A stretch of 29,483 nucleotides of DNA from positions 1 to 29,483 of the forward strand of contig NW_021827571.1 of assembly GCF_006345805.1 (NCBI RefSeq), written 5' to 3'. The notes under the pieces were generated by a model. The model was not told where the DNA came from. It saw nothing but the letters and a program-made list of their open reading frames with translations, and did not search any database. Origin of the DNA: Octopus sinensis (taxonomy: Eukaryota). Of this stretch, positions 10,631 to 22,399 are shown in pieces. How positions within the stretch are numbered: position 1 is the first letter of the stretch; each line of letters starts with the position of its first letter. The translations under genes and the position numbers were made by a program.

Positions 10631-12096
10631 TGTACAATTTTGTATGTAAATATTTTAAATATACACGTACGGGCGTATGAATACGTGTGTATATGTATGC
10701 TTATGGCCGCATTCATCATATGAGTAATTATGGATGTAATTTAGTAGTAATTTCAGTATGTACACACAAACACACGCACGCATACACAACCACACATGTT
10801 TAACAGATACACTTATAAAGAGAAATAAGAGCAACACTATAACACTATTTGGCAAACGTCAGTAATAAAAAATGGAGGACGCTTGTATTTAAAAGTCGCC
10901 ATTTATTTATCAGTAATGGCGTCCAGACCGTTGTAAAAGATATTGCACTGTTATTAGCTACTGGTGTGTGGCATATAAAAAACAATTAGAATAATATTTA
11001 CGACTCAATTATGAGGTAGTCTGTTTTCTAGCAAACACTAAAAAATAAAAAAAAAATACTCTTGTCTTCTTTTCAGCCAACGATGGAAACTCTAGGTGGT
11101 CGTTTTCTCTGCTAAAAATAAAAGTCAAATCTTTCTGGAACCACATGTTTCCGTGCTATTGGGCGAGCTTCTATGGAGTCGCTTGGCCTGTTAGAAAATT
11201 TTTCGGAGGCTTTCTCAAATCAATGCCTATTGTGTCAAAGAGGCATCTCCATGTGGTAGCTTACTTTGCTAAAAAGACTGGCCAAATGTTTCTCAAATCA
11301 CACATTACTATACTATAAAGTAAGATTGTATGCGAGTTAATCTACCAGTTAGATAATACAGCAAAATTTTTCTCGAAACATGATCCACAGTGTCAATGAG
11401 TTATTTCCTTATGTTCGAGCTTCCAACTAATAATATCATTCAGGTTTCCTTTAAATAATATTCACACGAATCAATATGGATATTTCTATGAAGTCACTTT
11501 GCCTGCTAGAAATAACAGTTGATTTTTCTACAAATTTTACATTACGATCTTACATCAGCAAAAGACATATAGATTATCTTGGAGCTAGATATCCCCCAAA
11601 ATTATATGGTCACGGATTAACTGTCTTTGATCAAAGGTGTACCCGAACAGAGTCGAAGTATCTTCATCGAAAGAAATATAGGTTAGACAATGTGCTTCTA
11701 GGCACGCTATATTTGAATAACCGAGGAGCCGGCCATTCAGTGGAAAGCCCTTCATCATTCCTGTTCGCTCATAGCTGACCCTCGGGTGAGCATCACAGCA
11801 ATCGTGGTTTCCAATCTATCTTCACTGCCTTGACTATGTAAAGAAACAGAATCGGAACACAGTAGAGAACATAGTCCTATGCATGCAATCCTTGTGGTGA
11901 TGAGTATGACTGGACACTCTCTTCAAACAGAGGCCTGTGGTCACAATAAGTGGCTGAAATGGGTGAGATAGTTATGGATGCTGTTACAGAGGACTCAAAC
12001 ATGCAGACATGCTTGAATGGATGTAATGACATTGACTGTGAGGTTATACTGCGACAGCAAAATGTGCTCACACACACACATATGTATGTGTATGTA

Positions 12097-12154
<58 letters not shown>

Positions 12155-12293
12155 CATATAGTTATTATCATCCTCATTATTGTCATAGAAACAAAGCACA
12201 GGTTTACTCTTATTCCTGGTAGAATTTTTGTGGATAGCGGTTTACTGGATTACTACCTGTAACCTTAGGTACCCACACGTTTTCGGCAGTCTT

Positions 12294-12822
<529 letters not shown>

Positions 12823-12885
12823 CAAAACAGTTTGATTCGGATCCCTGTGATTTACAGTTTCACAAACTCCTTAGAGAAACCTAGC

Positions 12886-12930
12886 TCGTTCAGGCTCAGA
12901 TTACCAAAAGGGTAATCTGAGCCTGAACGA
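12886..12930. other. Perfect 20-bp hairpin with 5-nt loop
   Basis: tcgttcaggctcagattacc-aaaag-ggtaatctgagcctgaacga. Confidence 0.95.
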
Positions 12931-13009
12931 CTAAATATGCTGAAAGCCTTTTTCTTTCGTTTGTCCACTCGTCCATTCACTCCTGTATGTGTGTTTATGT
13001 GTGTGTGTG

Positions 13010-13135
13010 TGTGTCTGTGTTTGTCTCCATCACCGCTTGACAACCGGTGTTGGTGTCTTTACGTTCCCGTAATTGAGCCGTTTGGCAAAAGTATGGCTGC
13101 AGTTCAATGACTGAAACAAGCAAAGTAAAAAGATA
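13010..13135 (+). mobile_element. SINE family B, 3' fragment with internal deletion
   Basis: gtgtttgtc-cca-caccgcttgacaaccggtgttggtg ... aatgactgaaacaag. Confidence 0.75.
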
Positions 13136-13223
13136 GAAATAGATCTCGGTCTGTCTGTCTATCTGCCTGTCTGACTGTCTCGCTCTCTATATATATATAT
13201 GTGTGTGCGTGTGAGTGTATATG

Positions 13224-13258
<35 letters not shown>

Positions 13259-13369
13259 ATGTATATATATATTCTGGGTGTATGTGTGCGTGTGTGTGCG
13301 TATGCATGTGTGTATGTGTGAAGCCTATGCACATTCACCAGTGTACCGAAACATGTATTCCATAGATTA

Positions 13370-13370
13370 T

Positions 13371-13431
<61 letters not shown>

Positions 13432-13462
13432 CAGCAGTAGTAGTAGTAGTAGTAGTAGTAGT
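13370..13462. repeat. (TAG)n microsatellite
   Basis: Directly visible. Confidence 0.95.
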
Positions 13463-13879
13463 GGCAGCATCGATAGCAGTGAATGTTTTGACACCAATGG
13501 CGGAGAATTAGGAGACACCAATGTCTGGGCTAAACTGGTCCGGAAGAAATGCCGTCAGCTAAATGGTTTACATTCTGAGATTAAAACCAGACAAAAAAGA
13601 AAAAAAATTATCAGGTCTTTACTTTGGATTCTCGTGTCCTCCTTATTTAATCAAGCCTTTCCTCTTTTGTATCTAAGTATCATGTACTTTGTTGATAGTT
13701 TTCGACCATCTCCACCTCCTATTGGCCTTATCCTACTTTTCTGGACCTGTCTCTGGCCAGCAGCTTCCGGTTTCTGCTATTAAAATGTTGAATCACACAA
13801 GCCGTCTTCCGGTTGCTAATATCGAAGCTATACGTCGTAAAGACGCTGGCTGGCAGTTACAATGACATTATTTATGGTT

Positions 13880-13881
13880 GC

Positions 13882-13934
<53 letters not shown>

Positions 13935-14665
13935 GTGGTGGTGGTGGGTGTCGTCGTCGTCGTCGTTATCGTCGTCAGCCCTCATTCGGCAGTCCTACGA
14001 TCAAGGATGTATTTCAGCCGTGCCCTCCCAGTGTATATACAACTACTGTTATTTAATGTATCATTATATTATTTAAGATACAAAGGGTGATACAAGAGAG
14101 TGATTTAGCTGCTGTTTGTAGCATGTCGAGCGTCAATGACACTGAAATCGCCTTCAGTCAAAACATATGAATTAAAGAATCAAAGCCAAGATTTCATTCA
14201 ATCCACTGGACTTCTTTTCACTCCCTAACTGCACATATTACAAAGAATTCCAGTTGGTTTCCCGTTTCAGGTGTCTGATCTGGAACAGTATTTCGTTATT
14301 GTCAGTGCTGAGCGTGTTAAACCCTCAGGACTGTCCCAACAGGTTACAAATTTGGCAAGTTTCTCAAGAAATACGCATTGAACAAGTTTATCTGACTATA
14401 TATCTTGAACAAATTTATATTGGAAAGTCAAGAGCAAGTTTATGCTATGCAGTTTTATATGAGTAATTATGTACACTATTTACATTATTTATATTATTTA
14501 CATTCGACGGATATTTGTCCTCATCTTGTTTGATGTTAACACAACGTTTCGGCTGATATACCCTCCGGCCTTCGTTAGGTGTCTTGGGAGAATTTCGAAC
14601 CTGGGTTCTCAACCCTAAGGTATTTTTCGATGATGTTGTTGTCATTGTTATTGTTGTTATTATTA

Positions 14666-14713
<48 letters not shown>

Positions 14714-15487
14714 GTTGTTGTTGTTGTTGTGGTGGTGGTGGTGGTGGTGGTGGTGGTGGTGGTGGTGTGGTGGTGTCGTCGTCGTCGTCGTTATCGTCGT
14801 CAGCCCTCATTCGGCAGTCCTACGATCAAGGATGTATTTCAGCCGTGCCCTCCCAGTGTATATACAACTACTGTTATTTAATGTATCATTATATTATTTA
14901 AGATACAAAGGGTGATACAAGAGAGTGATTTAGCTGCTGTTTGTAGCATGTCGAGCGTCAATGACACTGAAATCGCCTTCAGTCAAAACATATGAATTAA
15001 GAATCAAAGCCAAGATTTCATTCAATCCACTGGACTTCTTTTCACTCCCTAACTGCACATATTACAAAGAATTCCAGTTGGTTTCCCGTTTCAGGTGTCT
15101 GATCTGGAACAGTATTCGTTATTGTCAGTGCTGAGCGTGTTAAACCCTCAGGACTGTCCCAACAGGTTACAAATTTGGCAAGTTTCTCAAGAAATACGCA
15201 TTGAACAAGTTTATCTGACTATATATCTTGACAAATTTATATTGGAAAGTCAAGAGCAAGTTTATGCTATGCAGTTTTATATGAGGAATTATGTACACTA
15301 TTTACATTATTTATATTATTTACATTCGACGGATATTTGTCCTCATCTTGTTTGATGTTAACACAACGTTTCGGCTGATATACCCTCCGGCCTTCGTTAG
15401 GTGTCTTGGGAGAATTTCGAACCTGGGTTCTCAACCCTAAGGTATTTTTCGATGATGTTGTTGTCATTGTTATTGTTGTTATTATTA

Positions 15488-15535
<48 letters not shown>

Positions 15536-16310
15536 GTTGTTGTTGTTGTTGTGGTGGTGGTGGTGGTGGTGGTGGTGGTGGTGGTGGTGTGGTGGTGTCG
15601 TCGTCGTCGTCGTTATCGTCGTCAGCCCTCATTCGGCAGTCCTACGATCAAGGATGTATTTCAGCCGTGCCCTCCCAGTGTATATACAACTACTGTTATT
15701 TAATGTATCATTATATTATTTAAGATACAAAGGGTGATACAAGAGAGTGATTTAGCTGCTGTTTGTAGCATGTCGAGCGTCAATGACACTGAAATCGCCT
15801 TCAGTCAAAACATATGAATTAAAGAATCAAAGCCAAGATTTCATTCAATCCACTGGACTTCTTTTCACTCCCTAACTGCACATATTACAAAGAATTCCAG
15901 TTGGTTTCCCGTTTCAGGTGTCTGATCTGGAACAGTATTTCGTTATTGTCAGTGCTGAGCGTGTTAAACCCTCAGGACTGTCCCAACAGGTTACAAATTT
16001 GGCAAGTTTCTCAAGAAATACGCATTGAACAAGTTTATCTGACTATATATCTTGAACAAATTTATATTGGAAAGTCAAGAGCAAGTTTATGCTATGCAGT
16101 TTTATATGAGGAATTATGTACACTATTTACATTATTTATATTATTTACATTCGACGGATATTTGTCCTCATCTTGTTTGATGTTAACACAACGTTTCGGC
16201 TGATATACCCTCCGGCCTTCGTTAGGTGTCTTGGGAGAATTTCGAACCTGGGTTCTCAACCCTAAGGTATTTTTCGATGATGTTGTTGTCATTGTTATTG
16301 TTGTTATTAT
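13880..16310. repeat. Tandem triplication of a ~825-bp unit
   Basis: gtcgtcagccctcattcgg recurs at 13971, 14796 and 15618. Units are nearly identical (one substitution and three 1-bp deletions noticed). Junctions lie in (GTT)n tracts. Confidence 0.95.
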
Positions 16311-16432
16311 TATTGTTGTTGTTGTTGTTTTTGTTGTTATTGTTACTGCTATTGTTATTGTTCAGGTCACTGCTTGGAACCGAACTCGGAATCTTGAGGC
16401 TAGTAGACCGCGCTCTTAAGCACTACGCCATA
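16095..16432 (-). mobile_element. Family E: tRNA-headed SINE with internal (AAC/AAT)n and PLE-like tail carrying a hammerhead-like motif (16185-16232)
   Basis: Minus strand ggcgtagtgcttaagagcg (A box) ... gagttcggttcc (B box), microsatellite, then catcgaaaaataccttagg...aagacacctaacgaaggccggagggtatatcagccgaaacgttgtgtt...gtaaataat. Headless copies of the tail lie at ~14448-14660 and ~15270-15485. Confidence 0.85.
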
Positions 16433-16494
16433 TACTAACCCCAAGGTTCCAAGTTCGATTCCAAGCAGTGACCTGAACAATGATAATAATGATG

Positions 16495-16554
<60 letters not shown>

Positions 16555-16698
16555 TCGAAAAATACCTTAGGAATGAGAACCCAGGTTCGAAATTTCCCCA
16601 AGACATCTGAAGAAGGTAGGAGGGTATATCAGCCGAAACGGTGTGTTAACGACAAAGATGAAGACAAATATCTGTCGAATGTAAATAATGTAAATAAA
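16433..16698 (+). mobile_element. Family E SINE, second copy (A box truncated), head-to-head with 16095-16432
   Basis: tactaaccccaagg..aagttcgattcc..gtgacctgaa (AAT)n catcgaaaaataccttagg...ctgaagaagg...cagccgaaacg...gtaaataatgtaaata. Confidence 0.9.
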
Positions 16699-16819
16699 AT
16701 TTATGTTAGTATACCTCCACGCAAGTTTATCTACGAATATGTTTTAAGTAGATTTATTTGGTAGTCTTGGTCAAATTTATTGCGGGAAATGTCTCTTGGA
16801 GAAGTTTGACTGTTCAACC

Positions 16820-16995
16820 CAGACATGATTTCTTTCTCTCCCTCTTCTATAGCGCCTCATCTATCCATTTTGTAAAAGAGCGTAGGCTTGAAACGTTAAA
16901 GACTTCTTCGAGTTTCCTGAGTTTAAACTATAATACATTGTTTGTTCTTTCACCTCATCTTTATATTGTCTTTATTTTCAGCTTTATCTACGAAT
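16820..16995 (+). mobile_element. Family P repeat (copy 2, degraded), hammerhead-like remnant at 16865-16901
   Basis: aagagcgtaggcttgaaacgttaaagact...cctgag..aactataatac..; homologous to 20960-21146. Confidence 0.7.
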
Positions 16996-17379
16996 AAAAT
17001 TGGAAGACATTTATCTGGGAGTGTGTCTTGAATAAATTTATCTCAGAATATTGTAAGACTTGAATACGTGTATCTAGGAATATACTGCGAACAAGTTTAT
17101 CAAGGGAAATATGTGAATAAGTGTACTTCGAAACAAGCTTAGTTGCAATGTCTTGAAGGAATAGATATGTATGCATATTATAGAAATCTATGTATGCGTT
17201 CATCTCCACGAATAAGTATATCTACATATATGTGTATATCTGTGTATATATGTATGTGTATGTGCTTAAGTATTACATGCATGTAGAAAATACATATATT
17301 TATATAAATGGAGTAATATTCAAATATATAGCTGTTTATGGGCATGTGAATCATAAGAGTGTATATACATGTATAAGTA

Positions 17380-17402
17380 TATCTATATACATAGATATAT
17401 GC

Positions 17403-17486
<84 letters not shown>

Positions 17487-17511
17487 CATACAGATATATA
17501 AATACCGACAT

Positions 17512-17544
<33 letters not shown>

Positions 17545-17631
17545 CAGATATATAAACACCGACAAATATAAATATAAATATATATATATATTATATATAT
17601 ATATATTTATATATTCATATATATGTGTGTG

Positions 17632-17708
<77 letters not shown>

Positions 17709-17755
17709 ATATATATATATATATACACATATATATATATGTACATATATATATA

Positions 17756-17795
<40 letters not shown>

Positions 17796-17815
17796 TATAT
17801 ATATACGTATATATA
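17380..17815. repeat. (TA)n-rich microsatellite complex
   Basis: Directly visible. Confidence 0.95.
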
Positions 17816-18130
17816 TTTGTTGTTTGTCTAACAAAGACGAACCTAACAATATCGAAAATAATGAACGTCTTTAATTTATTTGTTTGTTTGTTTGTTTGTT
17901 TGTTTGTTTACTTCTCTTTAGATTTATTCTCTTTCTGTAAAAACATTACTAATACACCGAAATATGAAATATGTGACTGTGTGATCTGTGCGTAATAGAA
18001 TCTGTTATAATAGGGATAAAACGACTATAAACACAAACTAAAGCTACAATAACAGAAATAACACTTGAAACAGCAAAAACGACTCTGTCAATGCCACCAC
18101 TACAACAACTACTAATAATACTACTACTTA

Positions 18131-18162
<32 letters not shown>

Positions 18163-18825
18163 ATTATAATGCATTTGCTACAAGTGTCACAAAACCCCTA
18201 TTGTAAAGATTGTGTTTTGGTTACAACAAACCACCATTTTTACAATAGAAAACAATACAGTTCCAATGAATAAACATGTGTCTGTATTGAGTGTATTTAT
18301 ACATATATGCGTGTACGTGTGTGTGAGAGAGTTGGTGGTGGTGTCTGTGTCTGTGTCTGTGTATGTGTTTCTGTTTGTAAGTATTTGCGCGTACGTTTGT
18401 TCTTTCATGCATACATACATAAATATAGCGGTAGGTAGATACAAACATAGACAATCGAAGAGATGAATAGAAGGACAGACAAAAAGTTAGACAGACAGAT
18501 ACTTACATACATATATACGTATGTAAATACATACAAAAGCAGGTAGATAAACTGGTAGTCAGACAGATAGACAGACACAGAGAGTGCGAGAAAGAAAGAG
18601 TTTGATTGCTTGATTTAGCGATTGCTTAACTAATCGATTGATTGATAGCAATCAGGTGACCCTTATAATCCAACGTAAGAATGAAATTAATGGTACATAC
18701 AGAGTAAAGGTATTTCATAATAATCGTTAGTTATCTCACAATAGAGTATCTAAGGTGTTTAGACTTCCGCTCAAAAGTTCATGATTTCCCTTCCTTCACA
18801 AGTAACGTGTTTCCTTTTTACTCAC

Positions 18826-18869
18826 CTTGAGCAAGATGATCGATTTCAAGTTGCTCCAAGTACTCTCGG
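18826..18869 (-). CDS. Putative 44-nt internal coding exon: (L)REYLEQLEIDHLAQ(E)
   Basis: Acceptor acacgttttcag|, donor caag|gtgagt. Only one frame is open when joined to exon 22234-22264 (CT|C); the exon ends in phase 1. Confidence 0.6.
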
Positions 18870-19149
18870 CTGAAAACGTGTACCAACAAGATACTGGTGC
18901 AACCTTTCCCTTCCGTATTCAGCTGTCACATCTTTGATATTCGATATTCGAATGAGTGAAGGATGAAGTACCGAGATGCTGTCCATATCTGGTCGCGACT
19001 ATATAAGCACCTATAGGAATTCGTGAAACTATGGTATAAGCTATCATACGATACTCGCTTGCAAGTGGCGGGTACGATCTTTTGTTTTTCTTTATTCTTT
19101 TTGGACAGCATGGCCAGATATATTTTTGCGGCTGATGCTTTTTGCATCG

Positions 19150-19265
19150 GTACTTCCCATGCTTTTGGAGTCAATAAAATAAGTAGCAAATAAGTACTGG
19201 AGTCGATATAAACGACTTACCTCCGCCTCTTATGTTGCTGGCCTTGTACCAAAATTATAAATCGG
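19150..19265 (+). mobile_element. SINE family A, 3' fragment
   Basis: ggagtcaataaaataagta...tactggagtcgat-taa-cgactta...gctggccttgtaccaaaatt. Confidence 0.6.
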
Positions 19266-19323
19266 TATTCTATACAATTTCACATGATTTGAGAGACATA
19301 TCCTCCTGAATAAATATAAGAGT

Positions 19324-19374
<51 letters not shown>

Positions 19375-19444
19375 CACACACACATATATATTTGTGTGTG
19401 TGTATGTGTGTGTATGTAGATCGATTTTTGTCAATTTGTGTCTA

Positions 19445-19578
19445 TTAAATCCACTTACGACGCTTTGGTCGGTCTAGGGCTAAAAGAATAAAGGAATATG
19501 GCCCAAGTTGCTACGCAGTAGGACTGAACTCCGAATCATGTGATTGGGAAACACATTTCTCGCCACAAAGATGCCATA
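19445..19578 (-). mobile_element. SINE family B, 5' half (degraded)
   Basis: aaatccact-ac-a-gctttggtcgg...gcccaag-tg-ctacgcagt-ggactgaac. Confidence 0.7.
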
Positions 19579-19579
19579 T

Positions 19580-19589
19580 ACAGACAGGC

Positions 19590-19621
<32 letters not shown>

Positions 19622-19640
19622 GACAGACAGACAGACAGAC

Positions 19641-19687
<47 letters not shown>

Positions 19688-19712
19688 CAGACAGATAGAC
19701 AGACAGACAGAC

Positions 19713-19745
<33 letters not shown>
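19580..19745. repeat. (GACA)n/(GATA)n microsatellite
   Basis: Directly visible. Confidence 0.95.
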
Positions 19746-19747
<2 letters not shown>

Positions 19748-20135
19748 GAGAGAGAAGCAGACAATGAGGTACAGATATATGTTTATGTACATATATACGT
19801 ATATGTAAATGTATATATATATGTATATGTGTGTGTGTGTGTGAGCTGCATATATATATATATACACACACACATATATGTGTATGTATACATATGCTCA
19901 CACATATATATACATGTAGATTCATATAGATACATGTAGATACATATAGATACATATAGATACACATATATATTATGTTTGTATGTTTGTATGCATGTAT
20001 GTATGTATGTATGTATGTATGTATGTATGTATGTATGTATGTATGCATGTATGTATATATAGGTGCGTATGCAACTATTTTTATATTTTTGGTAACGGCG
20101 TTAGAGTCTTGTACGGACGTCCTGGTCCAACTTGA

Positions 20136-20459
20136 TCAAATATCACCGTCGTTAACATTCCGGAGTATTCGAGCGGTTCGAAGCAGTGCTGTTTTCTGCA
20201 AGTGCTCCACCCTTATTGCAACCCCCATTTGTTCCATTTATTTCTCAAGATTTTTGCTCATTGTTTCCAGGGCTCCGACAATTATTTTTACCACTGGTAC
20301 CTTTTTTATCGACCACAACTGCTGAGCTTCCCAAGCTAACCTGTCATATCTCTCGACTTTTCTTTCTTCCTTTTCGCATGCCTTGTTGTTAGCTGGGCTT
20401 ACTATATCTATGATCCAGCATAGTTTATTTTATTTCTCAATTAAGACTATGTCCGCCTC
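20136..20459 (-). pseudogene. 3' fragment of RLE-type non-LTR retrotransposon (R4/Dong-like), second family member
   Basis: Translates EADIVLIEK*NKLCWIIDIVSPANNKACEKEERKVERYDRLAWEAQQLWSIKKVPVVKIIVGALETMSKNLEK*MEQMGVAIRVEHLQKTALLRTARILRNV...*. Confidence 0.85.
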
Positions 20460-20461
20460 CC

Positions 20462-20510
<49 letters not shown>

Positions 20511-20533
20511 CATTATCATCATCATCATCATCG

Positions 20534-20567
<34 letters not shown>

Positions 20568-20590
20568 TATTATTATTATTATTATTATTT
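20462..20590. repeat. (ATT)n/(ATC)n microsatellite
   Basis: Directly visible; abuts the LINE fragment. Confidence 0.95.
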
Positions 20591-20959
20591 TTTTAAATTT
20601 TTTTTTTTAATCCCTCTTTCACTCCCGTTGCTTTTCCCTGTAAGAAATTTGCCATTCCACTTGTCAACGCGTAGGCTGCAAATAGATTATGGGAAAACTG
20701 ATGTTGCAGACAAAATTCAAACACGCCATTACCGCCTTTATTTCATTGCGACGATGAAGACGAGAACCTCTCGAAATTCTATATGAATATAGGTTTAGCG
20801 AAGTTATTGTGTTCCATATTTAACATAGAGAACATATATAATGTGAAAATTATCATTAATAAAGCAAAAATTTAACACAATATGGTTGCTTTGTGCATAT
20901 GTCTGTGTGTGTATGTGTAGGTCTTTTCATCATGTTGAACCGTCAATCCTTACACACTT

Positions 20960-21146
20960 TTTTCGCTCTTCGCTTTTTCAGTTCTCTCTCCATTTATTTG
21001 TTTTTCATTTCAATCCTTTCTGTCGAAGAGCGTAGGCTCGAAACGTCGAAGACTTTTTCATCCTGCCTGAGCGTCTGACTAATACACCTGCTCGTTGTTG
21101 TCTCACCTGTCTTCGTCTTTTGTTTTCCATAAATTTGAACTATATA
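20960..21146 (+). mobile_element. Family P repeat (copy 3, best preserved), hammerhead-like motif at 21016-21051
   Basis: cttt-ctgtcga-a-gagc-gtag-gctc-gaaa-cg-tc-gaag, then ctaatacacctg...aaatttgaactatata. Confidence 0.75.
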
Positions 21147-22016
21147 AAGGGTGTTTCAAAAAATTTGATATTTTGCAATCTAATAACTTTGCCAGTTCTT
21201 GTTCAAATGACTTCAATTTTTAATAGCATGTGTGGAAACAGGTCAAAATTTTATGTTTAATGTTTGATATGTTTATCTTTCCAGGTATAGAAATGGCATT
21301 CACTGGAAGAGAAAAGGTGTTTTGTGTGTTGGAGTATGCTTGAAAACAGTCGAACAAGAGTGTGCAGTGTGAGAGAAACATCTCTACAAAAGTCATGCAG
21401 ATTTGGGCATGGCACAAAATATTCAGAGGAAGGCTGTCTGTGCAGGGCAAAAGGATCTGGACGACCACTAACATCAGAAGAGATGGTCGAGCGATTACGC
21501 CAAAAATCTCATGTGAAACCCCAAGAAGTCAATAAGAAGAACAAGTCTGGAAAGCCAGATTCCTCCAATGACAGTTTGGCGCGTCCTGAGGAAACGCTTG
21601 TTAATGAAACCCAACAGGCTGCAGCTCGTTCCGGCCATAAAGGTAGATGACGAGAGAAAGCGCAAATACGGATCTATGTGAAGGGTCTGGTCTCTGTCTC
21701 CCCTCTTCCTGCAAACCTTGAGGAACTCGAACAGAGAATCACTACCGCTCTGGAGACTGTTAGCAAAGGCATGCTGCAGCGTGTTTGGGAGAAAGTGGAG
21801 TACCGACTTGACGTGTGTCGTGTCTCAGACGGTGCGCATATTGAACATTTGTGAAACTATTCATGGAATCCACGTACCTTTGAAATTCTCATTCAAATTT
21901 GGAGGAATAGATTTTATGTTGATCAACATTAAATCTGTTTAGTTTCATTTGCTTTGATTATGTAGTTTCTGTGATATTTACATCTCACATGATATCAAAT
22001 TTTTTGAAACACCCTG
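21147..22016 (+). mobile_element. Internally deleted Tc1/mariner-superfamily element
   Basis: TIRs agggtgtttcaaaaaatttgatat / atatcaaattttttgaaacaccctg. Transposase N-terminus MAFTGREKVFCVLEYA (ATG 21293), SGRPLTSEE, TVWRVLRKRL; C-terminus LQRVWEKVEYRLDVCRVSDGAHIEHL* (stop 21852-21854). The DDD/E core is deleted. Confidence 0.9.
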
Positions 22017-22233
22017 TGTGTATATATTCATATACATATGCATGTGAGTGTGTGTGTGTCTATATATTCTCTGCCAAGAATTCACAACGACCTCGAAGCC
22101 ACAAGAGTAAACAAGAGAGACAGAGACAGACAGAAACAAGGAAAATACCCCTTATATTTGAATACTATGCAAATATTCTTTTAAAAAACTTTTCATTTAA
22201 TTTTTTCAAAATTTAATTGTCTTCCCTACTTAC

Positions 22234-22264
22234 AGTTGAAAAGTCGCAATGTCTAAAACCGGCA
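22234..22264 (-). CDS. Putative 31-nt internal coding exon: (x)PVLDIATFQ(L)
   Basis: Acceptor aaaaaacatttcag|, donor caact|gtaagt. Phase 1 to phase 2, in frame with exon 18826-18869. Confidence 0.5.
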
Positions 22265-22354
22265 CTGAAATGTTTTTTATAAAATTATTTTAGCATTTTC
22301 TACCTTGACTTTTTTCCATATATATATCAACTCGTATGTTCCTTTTCAACCTTC

Positions 22355-22399
<45 letters not shown>

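Larger units (their letters stand above)
15997..17130 (+). repeat. Degenerate 27-bp minisatellite (consensus ~CTTGAACAAGTTTATCTGGGAATATAT), interrupted by family E and P insertions
   Basis: Units at 15997, 16024, 16051, ~16720-16800 and ~17000-17120; also duplicated inside the 825-bp unit. Confidence 0.65.

Noticed and set aside
11070-11640. Several degenerate ctagaaat...ctcaaatcac-like segments
   Set aside because: Probably an old dispersed repeat family, but too degraded to define boundaries or class.
11700-12065. Possible old LINE (RTE-like) remnant or exon (ORF MAEMGEIVMDAVTED...)
   Set aside because: No recognisable RT or endonuclease motif and no clear splice sites; cannot be supported without a database search.
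14445-15723. ORFs with poly-D/T/P/Q/N or poly-C/G/S runs
   Set aside because: They arise from the compound (GTT)(GGT)(GTC) microsatellite at the triplication junctions; no coding evidence.
13880-16310. CRISPR-like or other repeat-spacer array
   Set aside because: Units are full-length identical duplicates with no unique spacers; eukaryotic context and no cas genes.
16380-16470. Genuine tRNA genes at SINE heads (also 8455, 25400-25450, 26190)
   Set aside because: A/B boxes are present but there is no complete cloverleaf, and each continues into a SINE body.
20611-20680. Possible extra minus-strand exon after the acceptor tctatttgcag|
   Set aside because: No good donor; cannot be placed in the exon chain with confidence.
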